From NCBI GenBank assembly GCA_016208085.1, contig JACQYT010000030.1, positions 8,135 through 72,134 of the forward strand: a DNA stretch of 64,000 nt. The letters are read 5' to 3'. The notes under the pieces are model-generated. The model made no database searches and was not told where the DNA came from. It saw nothing but the letters and a program-made list of their open reading frames with translations. Both the position numbers and the translations under genes were made by a program. Shown piece after piece: positions 9,633 through 18,069 of this stretch. The DNA is from Elusimicrobiota bacterium (lineage in GTDB: Bacteria; Elusimicrobiota; Elusimicrobia; Elusimicrobiales; UBA9959). Each line of letters begins with the position of its first letter. The stretch's first letter is position 1.

Positions 9633-12611
9633 ATGAACACCGCTTATTTGTCGGCTAAAATCGCTTCGCCTCCGCCGCCCGCCAAAATCGCGGGCCGTGA
9701 AATAGACCCTTTCTGCGTGGAAAACAAGCTCCATTCCTGGGCTTCTTCCCGCGTTATTTACAGAGGGCGCGATTACTACAGGAAAGGCCGCGTGTCTGCG
9801 CTTGAAACCTTCCCCGGGAACAGCATGGAAGCCAGGGTTGAAGGCTCAATGCCGGAACCCTACCGCGTGCGGATTACGTTTGATAAATGGGGGATGCCGG
9901 TTTCAAAATGCACCTGCCCATATACCTTTGAGCCTCTCTGCAAACATGCGGTTGCCGTTCTCCTCGCCTGGCAGCAGCAGGAAACGGGGGACGAGCCAAA
10001 ACTCGGCGGCCTTCCGGAGGAAGCGGCTCCGCCGGGAACCGGCGGGGAGGAAAGGAGCCGTTACATCCGGGAACTGGCGGCGATAGAAATAAACGATAGG
10101 GTCGTCCGCTGCGGGGAGCAGGGGCTGAAAATAATAGGGAAACCGGGCAATTTCCCGCTTGGCGCATATGAAGTTTCATCCGGCAATCCCGAACTGAAAG
10201 CGCGGGAGTCTTACAAGGTAACGGTAAGGGATGCGCAATGGAAGCATGCTTCCTGTAATTGCCTGGATTACCGGACCAATGAGCTTGGAACGTGTAAACA
10301 CATTGAAATCGTAAAAAGGCATTTCAATAACAGGGAGAGAAACCGCAGGCTGATTCAGGCGGCGCTTGCGGATAAAAACGTGGCTGTTTACTCCCGTCCG
10401 AGGGAATCGCATGAAAAAATTTATGGGAACGCGGAAAATATCAGGTTTTACGTTCCCCCCGGCCTCGCTTTGACGGCGGAGAGGCTGCTGCCGGCAGCGG
10501 CGGACAGCCAGGGCTGGTTCCTGGCTGACGGAAGGGACCCTGAGGCGCAGCTTAAGCATTTTAAAATGATTTTAAACCGTATTTCCTCCGCCCTGGGCAA
10601 TAAAGGGAAAATTGAAGTGGATCCGCTGGTCTGGGCCGGGCTGGAGGGGGAGGCGGAGGCGTTTAACTGGGAAAAACGCATTTCTGGGATTGCCCAACAG
10701 CCGGCCCGCCATTCGCAATGGAATAATTCCGCGGGCGGGCTTAAAATCCGCCTTCATCCCTACCAGGTGGAAGGGATATTGTTTGCCGCCAAAAAGCGCC
10801 GCGCTTTCATCGGCGACGACATGGGCCTCGGCAAAACGGCGCAGGCGATAGGAACAGCCCTGCTTCTTAAAGAACTGGGCGCCGTGCACAGAGCCGTCAT
10901 CTTTTGCCCCGCCTCGCTTAAATTCCAATGGAGAAATGAAATCGAAAAAATCTCGGCGGCTTCAGCCGCCGTTGTTTCGGGCGGGGCAGGGGAACGGGCG
11001 GAACTTTACAAAACGTCAAAGGACTTTTTTCTTATCCTGAATTATGAGCTTCTTTACCGCGACCTGGACGCCATCGCGGATCTAAGATCCGGTCTGGTCA
11101 TCCTGGATGAAGCGCAGAGAATAAAAAACTGGGAGACAAAAGTGGCAAAAACGATAAAACGGCTGGAAAGCCCTTTCCGCCTGGTCCTGACCGGCACTCC
11201 AATCCAGAACAAACTGCCTGAATTCCACTCCATAGCGGAATTTCTTCACCCCAGGGCGCTGGGCGCTCCCTGGAAACTTGTTCCCACCTACGCCCAGCTT
11301 GACGCGGATGACCGGATCTCCGGCTATACGAATCTTGACCACCTGCGCCGGCGCATGGCCGGGTTTTTTATCAGGCGCACGCGCGAGGCCGTGCTTTCCC
11401 AGCTTCCCAAGCGGACCGACAATAATTTCTGGACGGACCTTACGCAGGCCCAGCGCCAGGAGCATGATGCGCTTGCCAATCAGGTCAGACGGGTGATAGC
11501 GAGGTGGGAAAAACTGAAGCGGATAACAAAAGAGGACATCCAGCGCCTTATGACGCTGCTTGCCTGCATGAGGATAGTTTCCAACGCTTACGGACAGTAT
11601 GACTGGAAGTCCGTAGAAACCGAGGCGCTCACCGCAAGGCGCGCTTCGGCGGAATTTAAGAAGAAAACCGGCTCGCCCAAGCTGGAGGAATTCCAGAAAG
11701 TGGCCGCCGACCTCCTTGAGAATCCCGGGCAGAAAATCGTGGTGTTCAGCCAGTGGGAAAGGATGATACGCCTGGCGGATCTTTATATAAGGGAAATCCT
11801 TGAATCCTCAAACAGCCGGTCGGTGGTTTTCTGCGGAGCGCTTCCCCTCAGGAGAAGGGAAACCGAGGTGAAACGGTTCCTTGAAGACCCGCAAACGAGG
11901 GTGTTTTTCTCAACCGACGCGGGAGGGCAGGGGCTTAACCTCCAGCACGCCGCCAACTGCGTGATCAACCTGGAAATCCCCTGGAACCCTGCTGTCATGG
12001 AACAGCGCATAGGCCGGGTTTACCGCATGGGGCAGAAGAAATCGGTCCAGGCGATAAATTTCATCTCTTCCGAATCAATAGAGGAAAGGATTTTCAATCT
12101 TGTGGCGCAGAAAAAAGCCCTGTTTTCCGGGCTCTTTGACAAGGGAGAAAACGAAATCCGCTTTAACGCCCTTCAAACCGCTTCTTTCATGGACAAGATG
12201 AAAATGATTGTGCCTGAAGCGCCGGCACCGCAAGCGCGGGAAGAGGCCGAAACGGGGAAAATCCCGCCTGAAGAAGCCGTTTCGGACACAACCGCAAAAA
12301 TCTGCCAAAGCGGCCCGGCGCGAGATTGCGGGGGCTCTCCCTCCATTAACTTTGACCTGGGTCCGGTGGTTTCGGCGGTCTCGGGGCTGCTTCAGCTTCC
12401 CGGCGACCGGACGGCGGCCGCAGGCGGCTTAAAAGTGAAAATGTCCGAGGACCAGGAAGGGGTGCATTTATCCATTCCCAAACCGGCGGTGGATATCCTG
12501 AAGGGCTTCAAGCCGGCGCTGGAATCCCTGCTGAAGCTGATTTCCTACGCCGGCTTATCCTTATTACCGGCGCTGGTAAAAGGTGACTGGCGCCTTTTAC
12601 ATATGTATTGA
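9633..12611 (+). CDS. SWIM zinc-finger SNF2-family helicase
   Basis: CTC...CKH SWIM twice; DDMGLGKT; DEAQ; LTGTP; QRIGRVYRMGQ. Confidence 0.92.
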   Translation: MNTAYLSAKIASPPPPAKIAGREIDPFCVENKLHSWASSRVIYRGRDYYRKGRVSALETFPGNSMEARVEGSMPEPYRVRITFDKWGMPVSKCTCPYTFEPLCKHAVAVLLAWQQQETGDEPKLGGLPEEAAPPGTGGEERSRYIRELAAIEINDRVVRCGEQGLKIIGKPGNFPLGAYEVSSGNPELKARESYKVTVRDAQWKHASCNCLDYRTNELGTCKHIEIVKRHFNNRERNRRLIQAALADKNVAVYSRPRESHEKIYGNAENIRFYVPPGLALTAERLLPAAADSQGWFLADGRDPEAQLKHFKMILNRISSALGNKGKIEVDPLVWAGLEGEAEAFNWEKRISGIAQQPARHSQWNNSAGGLKIRLHPYQVEGILFAAKKRRAFIGDDMGLGKTAQAIGTALLLKELGAVHRAVIFCPASLKFQWRNEIEKISAASAAVVSGGAGERAELYKTSKDFFLILNYELLYRDLDAIADLRSGLVILDEAQRIKNWETKVAKTIKRLESPFRLVLTGTPIQNKLPEFHSIAEFLHPRALGAPWKLVPTYAQLDADDRISGYTNLDHLRRRMAGFFIRRTREAVLSQLPKRTDNNFWTDLTQAQRQEHDALANQVRRVIARWEKLKRITKEDIQRLMTLLACMRIVSNAYGQYDWKSVETEALTARRASAEFKKKTGSPKLEEFQKVAADLLENPGQKIVVFSQWERMIRLADLYIREILESSNSRSVVFCGALPLRRRETEVKRFLEDPQTRVFFSTDAGGQGLNLQHAANCVINLEIPWNPAVMEQRIGRVYRMGQKKSVQAINFISSESIEERIFNLVAQKKALFSGLFDKGENEIRFNALQTASFMDKMKMIVPEAPAPQAREEAETGKIPPEEAVSDTTAKICQSGPARDCGGSPSINFDLGPVVSAVSGLLQLPGDRTAAAGGLKVKMSEDQEGVHLSIPKPAVDILKGFKPALESLLKLISYAGLSLLPALVKGDWRLLHMY
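12406..12548 (+). repeat. 143-bp direct repeat copy 1 (3' end of SNF2 gene)
   Basis: Identical by eye to 13877-14019. Confidence 0.92.
12575..12602. repeat. REP-like palindrome, left inverted repeat of ATPase cassette
   Basis: GGTAAAAGGTGACTGGCGCCTTTTACAT; 27/28 inverted match to 13852-13879. Confidence 0.85.
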
Positions 12612-12636
12612 CCTTTTTATAGTAGTGGTATAAAAT
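12608..12636 (+). promoter_or_regulatory. Sigma70-like promoter of ATPase cargo gene
   Basis: TTGACC-17 bp-TAAAAT, ATG 6 nt downstream (near-leaderless). Confidence 0.55.
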
Positions 12637-12642
12637 AGTTAT

Positions 12643-13857
12643 ATGAATATAAAACGCGATGCTTTCCCCCGGCTTTTGGATGAACTGAACCGCAGGGAAA
12701 CTTCCATTTTGCTGGGCGCGCGCCAGACGGGAAAAACTTTTCTTTTAAAGCAACTGCATAAAAAAGCCGTGAATTCGGGCCTAAGAGCGGTTTATTACAA
12801 TCTTGAACTGCCATCCGATTTAAAGCTGTTCAACCGGACGGATTCTGAAATGTATAAATTCCTTGCGTCGGCCGGAGAGGCGCTTTTTATTGACGAGTTC
12901 CATTATATGAAAAACGCCTCAAAGATTTTTAAAATGTTGTTTGACAGCGGTCGGAAAGTCAAGATTTACGCTTCAGGCTCTTCATCGCTTGAAATCCACA
13001 AACATCTCAAAGAAAGCCTGGCCGGCCGCCGGCTGGTTTCAAAATTGCTCCCGTTGTCTTATAATGAGTTCCTGCGGAAATACAAAACCGGCGGCGCGGC
13101 GGCGGCATTCGGCGAGTACGCGCTGTACGGCGGCCTGCCGGGGCTTTTGAAACTTAAAAGCGCGGACGAAAAAATACGCGAGTTAAATGAAATTCTGGAA
13201 ACATATATCCAAAAGGACGTCAAATCCCTGATAAAAGAGGAAAATATCAGGGCTTTTAATTCCTTGTTGTATCTGCTTGCCGAGAATCAGGGGTCGCTCA
13301 TTTCGGAGCATGGTTTGTCCAGGGAGGTCGGGCTTACCTCCGCTACCGTAAACCGGCACATTTCTATTTTGGAAAAAACCTATGTCTGTTATCCGGTTTG
13401 TTCTTACGCCGTAAAGCTGGGCAATGAACTGAAGAAATCCAAAAAAATTTATTTTTACGACCTTGGAATCAGGAATATGTTGGTCAAGGACTTTTCGCCG
13501 TATCCCGCAAGGCGCGACAAGGGCGTTTTGGCCGAAACCTTTGTGTTTCTTCAGCTTTTGTCTTTGCTGAAGCCGAATATGGAAATAAGATTCTGGCGCA
13601 ATAAAGCCGGCAGCGAGATAGATTTCGTAATTCTTAAAAACCGGAAGCCTTTTATTCTGGAAGTAAAGACGGCGCTGTCCGCCTGTAATTTACCAGGCGC
13701 TTTCCCGACGTTTATCAATCATTATCCCGAAACCGAAGGGGGGATGGTGATTTCAGGCAATCTTGAAAAAACCGTTGAATATAACGGGAAAGAGATAGAG
13801 TTCTCCACCTTTGATGATTTTCTTGGAAAACTTGAAAGCAAATTGTCGCGCATGTAA
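12643..13857 (+). CDS. AAA+ ATPase with DUF4143/PD-(D/E)xK-like C-terminus
   Basis: GARQTGKT; IDEFH; SGSS; ESLAGR; GGLP; KKIYFYDLGIRN; EIDF...EVK. Confidence 0.88.
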   Translation: MNIKRDAFPRLLDELNRRETSILLGARQTGKTFLLKQLHKKAVNSGLRAVYYNLELPSDLKLFNRTDSEMYKFLASAGEALFIDEFHYMKNASKIFKMLFDSGRKVKIYASGSSSLEIHKHLKESLAGRRLVSKLLPLSYNEFLRKYKTGGAAAAFGEYALYGGLPGLLKLKSADEKIRELNEILETYIQKDVKSLIKEENIRAFNSLLYLLAENQGSLISEHGLSREVGLTSATVNRHISILEKTYVCYPVCSYAVKLGNELKKSKKIYFYDLGIRNMLVKDFSPYPARRDKGVLAETFVFLQLLSLLKPNMEIRFWRNKAGSEIDFVILKNRKPFILEVKTALSACNLPGAFPTFINHYPETEGGMVISGNLEKTVEYNGKEIEFSTFDDFLGKLESKLSRM

Positions 13858-13879
13858 AAGGCGCCAGTCGCCTTTTACC
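13852..13879. repeat. REP-like palindrome, right inverted repeat of ATPase cassette
   Basis: ATGTAAAAGGCG ccagt CGCCTTTTACC; supplies the ATPase stop codon. Confidence 0.85.
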
Positions 13880-14019
13880 GGACGGCGGCCGCAGGCGGCT
13901 TAAAAGTGAAAATGTCCGAGGACCAGGAAGGGGTGCATTTATCCATTCCCAAACCGGCGGTGGATATCCTGAAGGGCTTCAAGCCGGCGCTGGAATCCCT
14001 GCTGAAGCTGATTTCCTAC
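13877..14019 (+). repeat. 143-bp direct repeat copy 2
   Basis: Duplicate of 12406-12548. Confidence 0.92.
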
Positions 14020-14335
14020 TCCAATAAAAGCTGCAAAGCGCGAAGCCGCAGAGGAAGCAGGTGTTTCTGATGATTATAAACTGATCAGATTAGACTCTAT
14101 AGCTTCCATACCTGCAAATAATTTCCCGGCACACAAAAAATGGGGAAAAAATGTGTATGTAGTTCCCGAATATTCTTTTGCAGTTGATATGAAAAACAAG
14201 CAACTTGACCTGCGTTTCGAGCATACGGAGGTAAGATGGCTGAAATATGAGGATGCTGTTGAAATATTGAAATGGGACAGCAACAAAACTGCATTATGGG
14301 AATTGAAAGAACGTATAACAAGGCGCTCCATCTGA
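14018..14335 (+). pseudogene. 5'-truncated NUDIX hydrolase (integron-cassette remnant)
   Basis: Frame reads TPIKAAKREAAEEAG (second half of Nudix box)...EHTEVRWLKYEDA...WDSNKTALWEL; AT-rich. Confidence 0.75.
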
Positions 14336-14384
14336 CCGCAATTCCGCTCCGCTCCATTGCGGCAGGTGAGCTTTGCCGTCCGCA
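14313..14384 (+). other. Degenerate integron attC site
   Basis: TAAC-AAGGCGCTCCATCTGACCGCAAT...ATTGCGGCAGGTGAGCTTTGCC-GTCCGCA imperfect palindrome at gene end; right core GTC rather than GTT. Confidence 0.65.
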
Positions 14385-14588
14385 TAAAATGAACAGACAG
14401 GAGGTTCAGACGAAGCTGGGGTCGGTGACCAGCCGACTGCTGCATGAAAAGGGCTTTGGTTTTTCCGGAAGCTGGTGACCGGCGCGGCCGGCTTCCATCG
14501 TTAGGCCTTGACTTGCGCGCGCTTTGGTATAATAATATCGGACGATTTCGCGTATTTTTCAGCACGGTTTCGAACGGAGAATACATTT

Positions 14589-16118
14589 ATGGTCAAGGTC
14601 AGTGGGAGCGGTCTGACGATAGAGGATGTGGTTAAGGTCGCGCGCCGGAACGAATCCGTGAAGCTGACCGCCGACGCGATGGAACGTATCAAAAAGTGCC
14701 GGGGGATGCTGGAGAAAAAGATCACGGCGCATGAAATAATGTACGGCGTCAATACCGGCATAGGCGAATTTTCGGAAGTGGTCTTAAACGACGAACAGGT
14801 CAAGCAGTTCCAGCGTTACCTGATATATAATCACGCCGCGGGCATAGGAAAGCCGTGCCCCGTAGAGCACGTGCGCGCGGCGATGCTCAGCCGCATTAAC
14901 GTCCACGCCAGAGGGCATTCCGGCTGCCGGCCTGAGATAACGCAGACCTATGTTAAGATGCTGAACGAAGGCGTTACGCCTGTGGTTTGCGAAAAGGGCA
15001 GCGTCGGCGCCTGTGGCGATCTGTCCCCGATGAGCCAGCTGGCGCTTTCCCTGCTGGGCGAAGGCGAAAGCTTTTATAAGGGAAAGCGCATGCCCGCCAA
15101 AGCGGCCCTGGAACAGGCGGGCATACCGGCGCCGGGCCTTTCGGCGCGCGACGGCCTGGCCGCAATAAACGGCTCCAACTTTATCACGGGCATGGGCTGT
15201 CTTGAGCTCTACGACTGCGAGCGCTGGGTCAGGCAGGCGGAAATAACCGCCGCGATGACGCTTGAGGCGCTTCTGGCCAATATGAAGCCCTACGACACCC
15301 GCCTTCACGAGCTCAGGGGATTCAAGGGCGCGGTAACGTCCGCCGCCAATATCCGCTCCGTGGTCACCGGCTCCGATCTTGTCACCGGCAAGCTTAAAGT
15401 TAAGGTGCAGGACGCCTATTCCATGCGCTCGACGCCGCAGGTCATAGGCGCGTTCAGGGACCAGCTCGCATATGCGCGCAGACAATTTGAGATAGAGCTT
15501 AACGGCGTCGCCGATAATCCCATCTTCCTGCCGGAAAGCGACACGGTTCTTACAGGCGCGAATTTCCAGGCAACCCCCGTCAGCATGCCTCTTGATATGG
15601 TGGGGGCCGGGGTCACGATGGTCTGCGCGCTCTCCGAAAGGCGTCTGAACCGCCTGCTGAACCCGGCGTTAAGTGTGGGCCTGCCCGCGTTCCTGACCAG
15701 GGGCGCCGGGATGTTCTCCGGCCTGATGCTCAGCCAGTATACCGCTGATATGCTTATAGTGGAACAGCGGATACTCAGCGCGCCTTCCTGCATACAATCC
15801 ATCCCGGCGGCGGCCGACCAGGAAGATTTTGTCAGCATGGGGATGAACGCGGCGCTGAAGACCGCTCAAATACTGGAGAACGCTCACAGCATTCTGGCGA
15901 TAGAGATGATCGCCGCCGCCCAGGGCCTTGATTTCAGGGACTTCTCCATCGGAAAAGGCACGCGGGCCGCCCAGGCTGCCGTGCGCGAGGTGGTCAAACA
16001 TCTGGACGAGGACAGGCCGCTATTCACGGATCATAACAATATGTCAGAAGCCGTCAGGCAGTGCAGGGTCCTGGACGCGGTAGAGAAAGAGATCGGCGGG
16101 CTGAAGAGCTCCTGGTAG
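14589..16118 (+). CDS. hutH: Histidine (aromatic amino acid) ammonia-lyase
   Basis: YGVNTGIG; NHAAG; GSVGACGDL (MIO position); QDAYSMR; DNP; QEDFVSMG. Confidence 0.85.
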   Translation: MVKVSGSGLTIEDVVKVARRNESVKLTADAMERIKKCRGMLEKKITAHEIMYGVNTGIGEFSEVVLNDEQVKQFQRYLIYNHAAGIGKPCPVEHVRAAMLSRINVHARGHSGCRPEITQTYVKMLNEGVTPVVCEKGSVGACGDLSPMSQLALSLLGEGESFYKGKRMPAKAALEQAGIPAPGLSARDGLAAINGSNFITGMGCLELYDCERWVRQAEITAAMTLEALLANMKPYDTRLHELRGFKGAVTSAANIRSVVTGSDLVTGKLKVKVQDAYSMRSTPQVIGAFRDQLAYARRQFEIELNGVADNPIFLPESDTVLTGANFQATPVSMPLDMVGAGVTMVCALSERRLNRLLNPALSVGLPAFLTRGAGMFSGLMLSQYTADMLIVEQRILSAPSCIQSIPAAADQEDFVSMGMNAALKTAQILENAHSILAIEMIAAAQGLDFRDFSIGKGTRAAQAAVREVVKHLDEDRPLFTDHNNMSEAVRQCRVLDAVEKEIGGLKSSW

Positions 16119-16263
16119 GCGCGCTGAAACCGGAACCGGGGATCGAGGGTCAATAGGCATTGAGTTTAAAACCGTAAGATGGCCCAGTCGGGGTCGACGG
16201 CAAGTTTCCCGCGCTCCGGGACCGGGCTTCCGGCAACCGGAATTATGCTAAACTTAAGGGTAA

Positions 16264-16677
<414 letters not shown>

Positions 16678-16724
16678 TGTTGCAACGGCGCCGTTTATGG
16701 CGCAGGGACGGGAGGAATTGAATT

Positions 16725-16955
16725 ATGACGAAAAAAACGGCGGCAAAAAATATTCCGGGAATATGCTTTGTCTTTGCCCTGGCGGGTTACGCATTCGCCG
16801 CTGAAGACGCGGAAATAAAACTGTCTTCAAACCCCGGCAAACTGATAATCCAGGACAAAGACCTCAATACTGTTTCCAGTTTCGATTCAAACGGGAATAT
16901 CGTAACTAACGGAACGGCCACGATTGCCGGTTCGGGATTCTCGGTGGGGGAATAG
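16725..16955 (+). pseudogene. Truncated secreted/surface protein N-terminus
   Basis: Good RBS and signal peptide, beta-strand-like start, ends abruptly at a GGGGACAG motif. Confidence 0.5.
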
Positions 16956-16997
16956 GGGACAGCGCCCCGTTTTAAAACAGGCTAAAAAAAATGGAGT

Positions 16998-17432
16998 TTA
17001 CTTTTTTGTTTCAAGGAGCGTTATGCGGTTTTCGTGGTTTAAAAGCTTGTCTTCATGGTCCGTGAGGATAGCGCCGTGGGTTACGGCTTTTTGGTCGTAC
17101 TTTTCGCCTTTGACAACCGATTGCTCAAAGGCGGCGAGAAGTTCGCTTTTAAAACTTCTAAGTTCCGTCATCATGTTGGTTTCCAGTCGGTCCATTCTGA
17201 AGTGTATTTTGAGAATCTCGCCGGATAAATTTTTAATATCGTTTTTTAGTTCGGTTTTTACAGCGGCAAGTTCAGACCTTACATCGGCAATATCGCCTTT
17301 TAGTTCGGTTTTTACAGCGGCAAGTTCGGATCTTACAGCGGCGATTTCGATTTTTAGTTCGGTTCTTAAACCGGTAACTGCATCGGCAAGGTCGCCTTTG
17401 GTAGCCGGTTGATGATCGGTCTTTTTCGCCAT
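16998..17432 (-). CDS. Coiled-coil protein with 18-aa tandem repeats (DUF1640/CCDC90-like)
   Basis: ATKGDL start motif; TELKxxIAxVRSELAAVK repeats (54-bp DNA unit). Confidence 0.7.
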   Translation of the reverse strand: MAKKTDHQPATKGDLADAVTGLRTELKIEIAAVRSELAAVKTELKGDIADVRSELAAVKTELKNDIKNLSGEILKIHFRMDRLETNMMTELRSFKSELLAAFEQSVVKGEKYDQKAVTHGAILTDHEDKLLNHENRITLLETKK

Positions 17433-17505
17433 ACAGGTATTCTACAAGATTTGGCGGAAAATAAAAAGGATAAGGGACAGCGCCCTCTTTTTGGATTGAA
17501 GGGAT

Positions 17506-17973
17506 TTAAGGGGAGAACTGGTCTTTCTTAGCGCCGGCTTCCGGCTTCTTAACCTTTTCGGCCGACTGTTGCCCGGCTTGGCGTGTCTGTATTTCCCTGA
17601 GCATCCCGGCCGGAGGAGGTCCGGGCGGCAGCATCGGCATCTCGCCCATCATCCCCGCATAACCATGCCCGCCGCCGCAGGTTTTAGAAGACGCAGCCGT
17701 CCTTACGTGGCCGGCGACCCCGCAGAGAAAGCCCAGCAGTCCGACGACGACCAGTAGCCCGCCCACTGTCATACCCGTTCTCCTGACGCAGTTGTGGGCC
17801 TCCTTGTCGGCGTGCTGCAGCGTCCAGTAGCCCAGCGCCGCGACTGCGGCGTAAAGCGCCGCGGCCATAAGCCCTCCGATCGCGGAATCGCAATTGCCCG
17901 CGCCCCCGCGCATGCTCATCGCATGAGCGGAGGCCGGCAAAGACATTAAGAACACCGCTGTTAATCTTTTCAT
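17506..17973 (-). CDS. Hypothetical membrane protein
   Basis: Signal peptide plus two TM helices; RBS GGAGG. Confidence 0.6.
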   Translation of the reverse strand: MKRLTAVFLMSLPASAHAMSMRGGAGNCDSAIGGLMAAALYAAVAALGYWTLQHADKEAHNCVRRTGMTVGGLLVVVGLLGFLCGVAGHVRTAASSKTCGGGHGYAGMMGEMPMLPPGPPPAGMLREIQTRQAGQQSAEKVKKPEAGAKKDQFSP

Positions 17974-18069
17974 CAGAACGCCTCCTCGTAAAGCTTATCC
18001 GTCTTAGTGTATAATTTTACGGCAAAAAACGCAAAATTATATTTTGTATACTGAGATAAGGGAGGGTCA

